Shown: in pieces, positions 26,001 through 38,596 of the stretch
How positions within the stretch are numbered: position 1 is the first letter of the stretch
How the letters are laid out: each line of letters opens with the position of its first letter
Assembly (NCBI RefSeq): GCF_000143415.4
Contig: NW_003314262.1
Location: forward strand, 2,902,603 to 2,966,602
Source: Selaginella moellendorffii
Taxonomy: Eukaryota > Plantae > Lycopodiophyta
Reading direction: 5' to 3'
DNA: 64,000 nucleotides
Notes under the pieces: model-generated
Told to the model about the DNA's origin: nothing
Seen by the model: only the letters and a program-made list of their open reading frames with translations
The model's database searches: none
Made by a program: the position numbers and the translations under genes

Positions 26001-28635
26001 CCCTTGGAGTCGGAAGCAGGTGACCCACCCGCTATTGCGTTGAAGACCCAGCGGAGCATTTCCCATGCTGCACCTGGAGCTTTCTTTGGATTTGAAAGCT
26101 CCATAGCCGTCTTCAGTTCCTCAGGCACGGGTAAATTGACCTCCCTCAGATCAATTCGATTGGCCTTGTCGAACGAAGCTGGGAAGTCAGTCCAGTCCCA
26201 CTCTGCTGCAGGACCAATAATAAGAGCGAGTGTGAAGATGTGGACATTCGTCGGTATCTTCTTCTTAGCCATTATCCCATGGATCTCCCGCATCTCCTTG
26301 CCTTTCAACCGAGCCTTCACCTCGTTCAAGGCCTTCCAGAACTTGTGATAGGATTCGGAGTCGTAGATCATATAGTGGACTGAAGATTCCACCTCCGCAA
26401 GTCCCACCATTAAGTCAATGATGGAGCTGACTTCGTCTGCATGAGTGATCTCCACGTTTGTGAAGTCCATCACACAAAAGATGTTCTTGACCTGCTCATC
26501 TCCGTGGGAAACGATGCTCCTCCACCTTTGATCCTCATCCGAATTCAAGTATACCCGGTAAGGTTCTCGATAGGCCTCTGCTGCGGGGTCGAGCTGTTTC
26601 TGGAGCCGGCGGTTGACATCACTCTTAATGAAATTTGGATACTGATCCAACTTCTCAGCTTTACTTTTCGTGGCATCCCGCAGCAAATCGATGAACTTGG
26701 GGGCCCCCTTCACGTACTTGTCGATGTCTTCATTTGACAAATCCAGCGCTTCCATCATCTCTTACGTGGTGTCGATGCTCACCCTCTCCACGGCCACTTG
26801 CTCGAAGATCCAATTCTTCAATAGCGCACGAGCTCTCAGAGTCGTGCACAAGTCCTCGTATGTCACAATATGGCTGGGAGTCATTTTGGTCTTGTTGAAG
26901 ACTACCTCACCACGTAGAAGAGCATTAGCCACTGTCAGAAGGTCGTCGTCGTCTAGAGACCGCGAGAAACGCAAGGCGTTGAGCTTCAAATCATTGGGCT
27001 TCCGGCCGTCCTCCACACCCATTGAGTTTAGTAACTCCCCGTCATGGTACCTCCTCAGCACATCTACCCATTTGTCAAAAACAACTTTTGTCGTGAGTAG
27101 AATGTTATGGATGCTGAGTGTGTCATTGACCCCCAGTGTTTTCGAGAGAAGACTTGAGAATTCCTGCAATGGAAATGGCGTGAGGCCACATGCTATGCCA
27201 CATGCAACGAGGCTTACCTGCCAGGCGCTAGTTGCTAGTGCACGTCCTTGTCCTGGTTTTTGTGGCTTCTTCAGTTGAACCCAGAGCTTCCGTGTTCGTG
27301 CCAATGTCTCGTGCAGACCCGATTTGTAGCACGTTTCTTGCTTGACATTCTGCGCGTGGGAGATGTATATGATAGATCGGAGGGGCGAGTTGCCTTTTAT
27401 CAGGCGGACAACTCTTGTCTTGAAGACTTTCTTCACCTCCTCGCCCACCATAATATCCACAACTATCTCTTGCATCGCCAAGCTAGAATGCTGCCCGGAG
27501 ACGGCATAGAACCGGATGTTCTGATCGTCCAACACCTTCCTATTGATCAAGTCTGGAAACCTCGTCTCGCCCTTCATTGTTCGGTAGTAGGGGATCACGT
27601 CTGCGATGTCGGGTGTTACTGGACTTGCCAGCATCTTCTGCTTCAGTTTCTCCACCCACTCATTAGATACTAGCCTGTGGTTGTATTTGCTTTGGATGTC
27701 GATACGGCTTATGTCGATTGTATATACTTTGTTGGAATAGTAACAAGTACTATTATCTACGACGATTTTTGTTGCCTCTTCTTGCTCTTTCTGCTCTTTG
27801 CGGCTCTTCTTTTTGGTGGGTGTAGTGTTCGAACCCGAGGCAATGGCATCACCGAGTAGCTTCGTTTTTGGAGGAGAGTCGGACGTCGGCTTAAGCTTGA
27901 CCACCCTTTTCTGCTTCTGGGTAGTTTCCAAATCGACCCCCTTCCCTTTCGCTTCGCGAACTGGAGTCACTCTCAACGGCTCAATGTTGGAATATAGTTT
28001 TTGAATATCACCGTAGGGGAGGTCCGTGGATTCCATGTGATCTTCATAGACCCGCAGCGTCTTTGAAATTGTGGGCCTCCTGGACAACCTTTCCCTAGCT
28101 CCCTCTAGGAATTCCTCATAGCCGCTGCCCCCCTCCGGGAAGCCGCTAGGATGTGCAAGGTGGATCTTGAATGCAGACGCTGTCTCTACCACAAGTGCCA
28201 GTCCATATTCTTGCATGGAACTGCATGGAGTGTCTGTCACTTGGATGAGGATCCCCATGCATTCTTTTCTCCCACCATCTGTGTTGTACAGCCTCAGATC
28301 CTCGCCTTCCATCCCAAAAGTCCAACTGGTGAGCTCCTCCCCCTTCTCTGCATCCACATTGACAGTGGCTGGAAGAAGAACGCAATTCCTCGCCTGTTTA
28401 GAAATGCACAACAATTAGAGCTGACAGATGAAAAGATAGCAGCTGGAAATAACGTGAGGCCACACGCCATTCACCACTGCATCAGATGTCTTGAAGCCGC
28501 ATCCTAAGATGGCGTGAGGCTACACGCCATCTGTAACCGGACTGCACTCGAGAGCCCAATCGGTGCATGCCAATGTTGCTACTGAATGGCATGTGGCCTC
28601 ATGCCATTTTCTACTTGGCCTAAAAGACTTACCAT
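23031..28635 (-). pseudogene. Cargo gene of copy 1: spliced ParB-like + MTase-like + acidic + FCP1/NIF HAD-phosphatase protein; premature stops at 26762 (TAA vs CAA) and 23993 (TGA vs CGA)
   Basis: Same exon/intron structure as in copy 2 (ATG 28635-28633, intron 28632-28394, etc.). ORF-track pieces 26762-28414, 25823-26758, 25474-25692, 25323-25658, 24790-25365, 23993-24547 and 23031-23915 contain its exons. Confidence 0.8.
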
Positions 28636-31600
28636 TTGAAGCCGAATGGAGGCGTGAGAACCGGACTCGCTGGTGAATATGCACTGTGTGTGCAGCGGAT
28701 CGTAGCAGCAAGGCTACTCTACCACTTACAGTTGGAGAGTGGCACTGAAATCTCCCGGGACGCCAAGTGGGCTGCGTGTGGGTGGCGGAGTGGGCGGCGG
28801 AGTTGGCGGCGAAGTTACAAACTGGGTGTGTCTTGAAGTGGACGCCGATGCACACGAGCGCGATGTGAGCGCGAGTGTGATGCAAGCGCGAATGGACGCT
28901 GATGCACACGAGAAACCTGTAGAGAAGGTAGATGAGCGCGAATGTGAGCATGATCGCGAGTGGGAGCGCGATGCGAGCGCGAGTGTGCGAGCACGAGTAC
29001 GAAGCAAAATGCAAAACCTAACCTCACACGCACGAAATGTCACGACGGTTGGTAATCCCGCCATGTTATCATTCCTCGGACTTGGGCGCCACCATTAATT
29101 TCTGGATTGCCGCGCGCATGCATGCACGTGAAATCCAAAAGAAATCCGCAACGTCATCATTCCTCAGACTGCATGCACGCAAAATCCAAAAGAAAGATCA
29201 TGATTGGGATATCATTTAATACCCTCGCTATATTTATACAATGCATGATTGGATATTCCAAAGCATCTTGTATTTCCAAAAATGCCAGATGTTCAGCTAA
29301 ATAAATTGTCAGAGGATTTGATGTGACGTTCAAGTGTGTGGGCTCATGCAATTTTGATCCCAAAAAATGCACCAAAAAATGCTCGGCGTCATCTGGCGTT
29401 ATCTCTTGAATGGTGTGGGGGCCATTTTCAGGGGCACATAGGAGTATATTCCTAGAATATTCTGACACGCGCGAGATTGTTTTGAGTTTTCTGGAGATCC
29501 AACCGTTAGATCGCAACTAGATTTTACAGAATGGTATACAATGTCCTTCTTGATGACTCTGCAAAGAAGCATCTCGATCGGACACCACATGAGACCACAC
29601 GAGCCTTACAATGTTTCAGGGGCATTTGCCATAGATCCGACTGTTATTTTGCTCCAAGATTCTACAGTTTGGTGTGCATTGACCTTTCCATCGACACTGC
29701 AAAGGGACATCACAATTAGATGCGGGATCACAAGAAACCAACTTCACTAACTCTGGTTTCACCAAGATGTAGGTAAGGAGTTATGAAATGAAAGGACCCT
29801 CTTTATTGAAATGTGTTTATGGTTCTAGGGGCATTGTGACATATCAAAGGATTTTTCATCAAGTTCTGTATTTGCATGTTTATCAAGCTACTGAATTGCT
29901 AAACCCTAAACCCTAAACATGTGGCAAATGCTGCGTGAAGAAAGATGCTCTTTCTGGGCAAATGCTGTAAGAGGCAGATGCCGAGCAGATGTATCTCAGG
30001 CTAGCAAAGGGGACAAACGAAAGCTAGCTATAAACATGACGGGAAGATTACTAGGCTGGTCCTGCAAAAATCAAAAACCATAATTGAAAACATTGAAAAT
30101 GCAAAAAGAAAGGTTTATAATATTTTTGAATTTTAAGCAACCAAAGGAATGTAAGTAGGGCATGTGTTTGTAAGTTTAAAAATGCCTCAACCACTTAAAT
30201 TCCCAAGTAAATAAAGCTGTTTCTATTTTTGGTACAGGTAAACTTTATAGCGTGTGGGCTCATGCAATTTTGAACTCAAAAATGCACCAAAAAATGCTCG
30301 ACTAGCATTATTCTTTGAATGGCGTGTGGCCTTATATTGCCATAAATGGACGTACACACACAGCATAATTATTCCTTTACACGGCGAATAATCTTGGCGC
30401 GGATCGCTGACACGGCATGGCAAAGTTCGAATCACTGACATGGCACAGCTGGATCGAGGCAAGGACATGATGTGACAAAGTTCAACCTCCGACAGCAAAG
30501 TCTAGAAGCTACTCAATTTGAAATTTGTTAGAGGAATCATAAGATCTGGTTTGTTAGAGGATTTGATGTGACGTTCAAGCGTGTGTTATTTTTGAATTCT
30601 CGAACTCATTCCTAGGTCTATCATTTTTGTGCGCCGTGTTCTTGGTTCCGCTGAGCGCAGTGAGCGCTGCTTGTGTAAGCAGCGTTGTGAGCTATGGTTT
30701 ATGCGTCTACAAGCGGTTGCGGCATTGCGAGCGCCATTGCGAGCGGCAGTTTATGCGAATGGCAGTTTGTGCAAGCGGCGCTACGAGCAGTTGCGGTGTT
30801 GCGAGCGGCGCTACAAGTAGTTGCGGTGTTGTGAGCGGCGCTGTCTTTGGTGTGGCTACCGCTTCCTCTTGATATTCGGCACTTGTGCTTCCTGGTATGT
30901 TCACCATGGAATGGCTTAGGACCACATTTAGAAATGGCATGAGGCCATATGCCATCTTGGGCCCTTGCAATTTCATGGCTAGCGTATTGTCATGTATGTT
31001 TTTACTTGCCTGCAGCTGTGTGTATATCAAGATGGCATGAGGCCTCATGCCAATTTTGTGAATGCAAAATTTCACGTGGGTGTCAATAGCATGTTTGAAT
31101 AATGGCATGTGGCCTCATGCTATTTGGTATGTTATGATTTAGGCCATTCTCCAATCATTTTTTGTATGGTCTTAACTTCTTTTCTGCACTTTCAGAATGG
31201 CCTTCAGGGTTGGGGAAAAGGTTTACATTTTGAATGGTGGGAAGAGAGTTGCAAAAGGGACCCTTGTGTCTATGGATCGGAACTTTGTTATACACTGTCA
31301 AAGGCTTGGGGAAGGCAATGCTACTATATCAGTAGAGACTGTCTTCAATGGGAATGTGGTTGCTATTGAACGAAGAGAGATGGTCGTCGGGGTAAATGTT
31401 GTTGTTGCCTTGAAAAATCTACAGAAGAAAGCAGATGTTGGGGACAGCACAAGTGCGACACATGTTCCCTCCGTAGATCTTAAGAACCGTGCTACATGGA
31501 TTCAGGCAAAGGTGTTTCTAAACAACCCCAAGGGGGAGGTGGTAGCTGAGGGTTTAGCCACAGTTGTCGATCCAAGAGATGCGGTTGCTAATCAAGAATT

Positions 31601-33017
31601 GGGCTGGGATGATATTGGAGTTGCGATTTTAGAGGTTGTTGACACAAAAGAAAACAGTCTGACTATTGGAAGCATTGTGCGGTGGAAATTGAGGCATTTA
31701 GTGTTTGAGAATGTGAAGGATTCACAATCAAACACCACTACAACTGATGACAAAACATCTCTTCATGGGAAAAGAAAGTACACCTTCCTAAAGCGCAGCC
31801 AAAGGGATCTGAGCAACGAACCGAAAAGGCCGAAAATGGCGATGGAGGTTCGAATGGTCTCGACAGTTGCTTGTTGCAAGAGGAGGTGCTGTCAACATGC
31901 TGATTGGGATGCTATTGAAGAGGAGAGAGCAAGATACAAGACATTGTCCTAGAAGGCAGCTCGCAATTTTGTGTATGAGGCATTACGGTCATCTGTTGAT
32001 GCTTCAGAACATCAGGTGGGGGGCATGGTCTTCCAGAGGGGTTTGGTCTGCATGAAGGCATGGAGAATCATTTATGGAGTCCCTCGAAGCACATTCTACA
32101 GAATCAAAACTGAGTTCGAGGAACAAAGGGTTCAACAGGCAGTCCATGGGAACGATGGTACGCAAAAAACCAGGGGTCATGTTGTATATGGAGAGGCAAT
32201 CTTCAAGAGGTTTGTCGAGACATGTAGCGAGCAGCAACCACATAAAACCCGCCTCTTGGAAGATGGAACACGAGACACCCAACGAGTTCTCCCTTCCATG
32301 TATACCAAGGGGGCCATATTGGAAGATGTGAATCGGGAACTCCAGAGTAATGGCTACAGGAAGCTGAGCCAATCTAGATTTAGTAGATTGTGGAGCAACA
32401 GGTTCAGGGATGTGAGTATAGGAAAGTACTCCAGCTTTTCAAAGTGTGACAAGTGCACTGCTATCAAAATGGCTTTGTCGAAGAATTCTTGCAGCGCTCA
32501 AGAGCGAGAGACGTTGGTTAGAAGGCGGCTCGACCACAACATCGAGCAGAGAAGCTGCAGGACTGCATATTATCATAACAGGATTCTCTCCATGGAGAGA
32601 CCTGACTCTTACCTCTGCATCATCCACGACAAAATGGACCAGAAAAAGACGTGCTTACCTCGACTCAATCCTGCCCCCAAGGCAATCTCTTCATCCATGC
32701 AGCTGCCTGTGTCTCTGTTTGGCATAATCGCTCATGGGCATGGTGCCCAGAACTATGGGAACTTCTTTGTACCTCTATGGGGTGGCGGGGGTGCAAACAT
32801 GATGATTGCGTCCCTAGCAAAACACTTAAGGTCTCTGCAAAGTGCGCAGACTGAGCTGAACGGCCAACCCTTGCATAAGGCCCTTGTCGATCGAACCCCA
32901 TACAGGGTTCAGCTGGAGGAGGAGCAAAGGCTTGCAGTATCGCGTGGGGCCCCATGCCATCCCAGTGAATATGTTGGCCGTCAGATTGTAGGGTTATCAC
33001 GTGAGGCTTCATGCCAT
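24052..33017. promoter_or_regulatory. Dispersed 22-bp palindromes ATGGCRTG-N6(often WGGCCW)-CAYGCCAT in copy 1 (mirrored in copy 2 and in the MITE)
   Basis: Full or near-full copies start at 24052, 24127, 25344, 25535, 25676, 27175, 28449, 28509, 28586, 30934, 31032, 31102, 32939 and 32996. Degenerate or half sites near 22758, 29410, 30319, 34338 and 34391. The regulatory role is inferred. Confidence 0.85.
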
Positions 33018-34338
33018 TCCGACGAGGCTGGTCGCCCGGTGAATGCACAGCCTCATCCAAACGAAGCAGAATCTCAAGGAAGTTCTTGCGGCCGATGTGG
33101 CCTTCCACCCCATCTTCTGCTCCAAACAGATAATGCTGGCAGTGAGAACAAAAACATGTACGTCTTCACGTACTTGGCGATGCTTGTTGCCAAAGGCATA
33201 TTTGAAACGGTTACACTTGGCTTTCTCATGGTTGGGCACACTCATGAAGACGTCGATGCCATGTTCAGTCACCTGGCAGAGTCCCTCCGGCGATCCAATG
33301 TCCTCACCCTCCCACAACTCTACGATGAATTCCAAAATTGCATCAAAGGCACTGTTGAAGCTGCACTTGTGACAGAGGTTCCAGACTTTAAGGGGTTTGT
33401 AAGAGGCTACATCAGGGACGGATCCGAAACGCTGATTGGCCACTCCAAGCCTCTTCAGTTTCATTTCAGCATGCGTGACGGTGCTCCAGTGATGAGGTAC
33501 AAGATGAGAGAATGGGACACACTGTGGCTGCCAGTGGATGGCATTGAACTCTTCAAGAGAGATCTCATAACTAGGGAACCTATGATTCCTCAGGGTTCCC
33601 CACGGCCGATGCACCTGGATGGACTCAAAGACCAGGAAAGTATAGTGGCCGGGATTAGACAGCATATTGCCTTCTGGAAGAGGGGGTTGGTGTTTGGTGG
33701 AGAATCCTATTTTAAGAGGTGCAAGCCTTTGCTCGAATACTGGGAGAAGATTATATCTGCTATCCAAAATGGGCCGGTTGTATATGAAGAATTGGAAGAG
33801 TCCTTTTGGCCAGAACCCAGAGCACCAGATAGTAGCGGAACAATGTCCTCTGGAAATGCAGTGACAGATAACGATGTTGAGGATCACTATTGTGGGCCGA
33901 GGAACAAGAAGCCGGATTCAGCATTCAATCCAGTACAGGTCTGCAAAGGAATGGTCGTGCTTGTCAAACCCAGTAATAAAAAACAAATGATATGGGTGGG
34001 GCGCTGCATCACTGATGCAGAGGAGGACGCGGAAACTAACTCCTTCAATGTAACTGTGGAGTGGTTCAAGCCAAGTTCCGGATATACGAAGGATTGCCTA
34101 GAAAAGAGATGGGTGCTAAATCCAAGGGATCCCAGCATGAGCATATCGGTGGATAATGTTGTGCATGGTTGGATGCGGAAGTAGAGTGCCACCATCACCT
34201 TGCCAGACCATGCAAGAGATGCAGCAAGAGCATTCATAACCCGGGTTCAAGGTGAGATTCATTAATATTCCTTTACTAAGTTTCTAATGTATTTTATTTC
34301 AAGGTGAACAATCCGAATCTGAATCAGAGGAGGCGTGA
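31197..34338 (+). pseudogene. Sola-type DDD transposase, ~1029 aa consensus; stops at 31950-31952 (TAG vs TGG) and 34182-34184 (TAG vs CAG); last intron 34252-34303
   Basis: FSKCDKC...H zinc motif and acidic triad IIHDKMDQKK / LQTDNAGSENKN / FLMVGHTHEDVDAMFS. The 4-bp TSD also fits Sola. Two N-terminal TNP1-like VAxG...LG repeats. Superfamily call from recalled motifs. Confidence 0.8.
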
Positions 34339-35453
34339 TGGCATGTGGCCGTTTGCACTAGTATATCTTAATACCGGTCTGAGAAATAGAATGGCATGTG
34401 CCCTTAGGCCTTTTACTAAATCACCTTTGAAAGAAATGCAAGCCTCTATGTCGTAAAAAAAAGGTACTAGAGAAATTCCTTAATAATATGAATGTTATTT
34501 AGTTTCATGAAAATACACTAAGGGTCAAATGAGTTAAATGACTTCTCCAGACTAGCAATGCCTCTTGCTAATTAGATTCATCCTAGATATGTCTAGCCCC
34601 TGGACAAAAAACATATAATTTCACGTCATTTTCAAATACTTGAAAATTTGTACCTAGTCCCATTTTACTGAATAAATCCCACTTTAACGAAATAGAGCTT
34701 AAATGCCTTCCCCAACAACTTCTAACAAATGAAACAATGAGTATAAAACTCAAAGAACCAAAAGCTTGAAGAAGCCTATACCCAAGTCTTACCTAATAAT
34801 GATCACAAGTCTCATAGAAACTAACTTCAATGCTAAAAAGCTCTATTTCGTTAAAGTGGGATTTATTCAGTAAAATGGGACTAGGTACAAATTTTCAAGT
34901 ATTTGAAAATGACGTGAAATTATATGTTTTTTGTCCAGGGGCTAGACATATCTGGGGCATGGTGACTAGCGCGGTGACTTTGTATCCAGACTGAGTCCAT
35001 CTGGTTGTATAATAAATCTCATTGTCAAGGTGAACAAGCCGAATCTGAAGCTAAAGAAGAGCGATGGCATGCGCGCACACACTATTTGTTTGTTCATTGA
35101 GCGTGTGGTGAGCTTTCCAAGATGAATGTCATTCCTATTAGCCAGACATATAACTTAATGGTGAGAACATTTAGATATTATTCAATGTTATCTTTTTCTA
35201 ACGAATCTAATTGTGAAGGTGTAGCAAGAGGCATTGCTAGTCTGGAGAAGTCATTTAACTCATTTGACCCTTAGTGTATTTTCATGAAACTAAATAACAT
35301 TCATATTATTAAGGAATTTCTCTAGTACCTTTTTTTTACGACATAGAGGCTTGCATTTCTTTCAAAGGTGATTTAGTAAAAGGCCTGAGAGCACATGCCA
35401 TTCTATTTCTCAGACTGGTATTAAGATATACTAGTGCAAAGGGCCACATGTCA

Positions 35454-38400
35454 TCACGCCTCCTCTGATTCAGATTCGGATTGTTCACCTTGAAATAAAA
35501 TACATTAGAAACTTAGTAAAGGAATATTAATGAATCTCACCTTGAACCCGGGTTATGAATGCTCTTGCTGCATCTCTTGCATGGTCTGGCAAGGTGATGG
35601 TGGCACTCTGCTTCCGCATCCAACCATGCACAACATTATCCACCGATATGCTCATGCTGGGATCCCTTGGATTCAGCACCCATCTCTTTTCTAGGCAATC
35701 CTTCATATATCCGGAACTTGGCTTGAACCACTCCACAGTTACATTGAAGGAGTTAGTTTCCGCGTCCTCCTCTGCATTAGTGATGCAGCGCCCCACCCAT
35801 ATCATTTGATTTTTATTACTGGGTCTGACAAGCACGACCATTCCTTTGCAGACCTGTACTGGATTGAATGCTGAATCCGGCTTCTTGTTCCTCGGCCCAC
35901 AATAGTGATCCTCAACATCGTTATCTGTCACTGCATTTCCAGAGGACATTGTTTCGCTACTATCTAGTGCTCTGGGTTCTGGCCAAAAGGACTCTTCCAA
36001 TTCTTCATATACAACCGGCCCATTTTGGATAGCAGATATAATCTTCTCCCAGTATTCGAGCAAAGGCTTGCACCTCTTAAAATAGGATTCTCCACCAAAC
36101 ACCAACCCCCTCTTCCAGAAGGCAATATGCTGTCTAATCCCGGCCACTATACTTTCCTGGTCTTTGAGTCCATCCAGGTGCATCGGCCGTGGGGAACCCT
36201 GAGGAATCATAGGTTCCCCAATTATGGGATCTCTCTTGAAGAGTTCAATGCCATCCACTGGCAGCCACAGTGTGTCCCATTCTCTCATCTTGTACCTCAT
36301 CACTGGAGCACCGTCACGCATGCTGAAATGAAACTGAAGAGGCTTGGAGTGGCCAATCAACGTTTCGGATCCGTCCCTGATGTAGCCTCTTACAAACCCC
36401 TTAAAGTCTGGAACCTCTGTCACAAGTGCAGCTTCAACAGTGCCTTTGATGCAATTTTGGAATTCATCATAGAGTTGTGGGAGGGTGAGGACATTGGATC
36501 GCCGGAGGGACTCTGCCAGGTGACTGAACATGGCATCGACGTCTTCATGAGTGTGCCCAACCATGAGAAAGCCAAGTGTAACCGTTTCAAATATGCCTTT
36601 GGCAACAAGCATCGCCAAGTACGCGAAGACGTACATGTTTTTGTTCTCACTGCCAGCATTGTCTGTTTGGAGCAGAAGATGGGGTGGAAGGCCACATCGG
36701 CCGCAAGAACTTCCTTGAGATTCTGCTTCGTTTGGATGAGGCTGTGCATTCACCCGGGCGACCAGCCTCGTCGGAATGGCATGAGGCCTCACGTGATAAC
36801 CCTACAATCTGACGGGCAACATATTCACTGGGATGGCATGGGGCCCCACGCGATACTGCAAGCCTTTGCNNNNNNNNNNNNNNNNNNNNNNNNNNNNNNN
36901 NNNNNNNNNNNNNNNNNNNNNNNNNNNNNNNNNNNNNNNNNNNNNNNNNNNNNNNNNNNNNNNNNNNNNNNNNNNNNNNNNNNNNNNNNNNNNNNNNNNN
37001 NNNNNNNNNNNNNNNNNNNNNNNNNNNNNNNNNNNNNNNNNNNNNNNNNNNNNNNNNNNNNNNNNNNNNNNNNNNNNNNNNNNNNNNNNNNNNNNNNNNN
37101 NNNNNNNNNNNNNNGGGGGCAGGATTGAGTCGAGGTAAGCACGTCTTTTTCTGGTCCATTTTGTCGTGGATGATGCAGAGGTAAGAGTCAGGTCTCTCCA
37201 TGGAGAGAATCCTGTTATGATAATATGCAGTCCTGCAGCTTCTCTGCTCGATGTTGTGGTCGAGCCGCCTTCTAACCAACGTCTTTCGCTCTTGAGCGCT
37301 GCAAGAATTCTTCGACAAAGCCATTTTGATAGCAGTGCACTTGTCACACTTTGAAAAGCTGGAGTACTTTCCTATACTCACATCCCTGAACCTGTTGCTC
37401 CACAATCTACTAAATCTAGATTGGCTCAGCTTCCTGTAGCCATTACTCTGGAGTTCCCGATTCACATCTTCCAATATGGCCCCCTTGGTATACATGGAAG
37501 GGAGAACTCGTTGGGTGTCTCGTGTTCCATCTTCCAAGAGGCGGGTTTTATGTGGTTGCTGCTCGCTACATGTCTCGACAAACCTCTTGAAGATTGCCTC
37601 TCCATATACAACATGACCCTTGGTTTTGTGCGTACCGTCGTTCCCATGGACTGCCTGTTGAACCCTTTGTTCCTCGAACTCAGTTTTGATTCTGTAGAAT
37701 GTGCTTCGAGGGACTCCATAAATGATTCTCCATGCCTTCATGCAGACCAAACCCCTCTGGAAGACCATGCCCCCCACCTGATGTTCTGAAGCATCAACAG
37801 ATGACCGTAATGCCTCATACACAAAATTGCGAGCTGCCTTCCAGGACAATGTCTTGTATCTTGCTCTCTCCTCTTCAATAGCATCCCAATCAGCATGTTG
37901 ACAGCACCTCCTCTTGCAACAAGCAACTGTCGAGACCATTCGAACCTCCATCGCCATTTTCTGCCTTTTCAGTTCGTTGTTCAGATCCCTTTGGCTGCGC
38001 CGTAGGAAGGTGTACTTTCTTTTCCCATGAAGAGATGTTCTGTCATCAGTTGTAGTGGTGTTTGATTGTGAATCCTTCACATTCTCAAACACTAAATGCC
38101 TCAATTTCCACCGCACAATGCTTCCAATAGTCAGACTGTTTTCTTCTGTGTCAACAACCTCTAAAATCGCAACTCCAATATCATCCCAGCCCAATTCTTG
38201 ATTAGCAACTGCATCTCTTGGATCGACAACTGTGGCTAAGCCCTCAGCTACCACCTCCCCCTCGGGGTTGTTTAGAAACACCTTTGCCTGAATCCATGTA
38301 GCATGGTTCTTAAGATCCACGGAGGGAACATGCGTCGCACTTGCGCTATCCCCAACATCTGCTTTCTTCTACAGATTTTTCAAGGCAACAACAACATTTA

Positions 38401-38596
38401 CCCCGACGACCATCTCTCCTCGTTCAATAGCGACCACATTCCCATCGAAGACAGTCTCTACTGATACAGCAGCATTGCCTTCCCCAAGCCTTTGACAGTG
38501 TATAACAAAGTTCCGATCCATAGACACAAAGGTCCCTTTTGCAACTCTCTTCCCACCATTCAAAATGTAAACCTTTTCCCCAACCCTGAAGGCCAT
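35454..38596 (-). pseudogene. Sola-type transposase of copy 2; stop at 38369-38371 (TAG vs CAG), +1 frameshift near 36755, assembly gap inside
   Basis: ORFs 38369-38596, 36647-38320 and 35527-36792 are near-identical to the copy 1 protein and open at the two positions where copy 1 has stops. Confidence 0.8.
36870..37114. other. Assembly gap (245 N)
   Basis: Length matches the corresponding transposase segment of copy 1 (~32679-32923). Confidence 0.99.

Larger units (their letters stand above)
22662..34700 (+). mobile_element. ~12-kb TIR DNA transposon, Sola-like (copy 1), carrying transposase and large cargo gene
   Basis: Perfect 24-bp TIR AAGCTCTATTTCGTTAAAGTGGGA at both ends. 4-bp TSD AAAT (22658-22661 / 34701-34704). 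The empty site matches the family-A homologue (rc of ~18200-18220). Confidence 0.95.

Noticed and set aside
24052-33017. Palindromic repeats as a CRISPR array or bacterial REP elements
   Set aside because: Spacing is irregular (57 bp to over 2 kb), the repeats lie in spliceosomal introns and exons, there are no cas genes, and the context is eukaryotic.
31950-34184. Programmed stop read-through or RNA editing of the TAG codons
   Set aside because: The sister copy has sense codons at the same positions; simple post-insertion transitions explain them.
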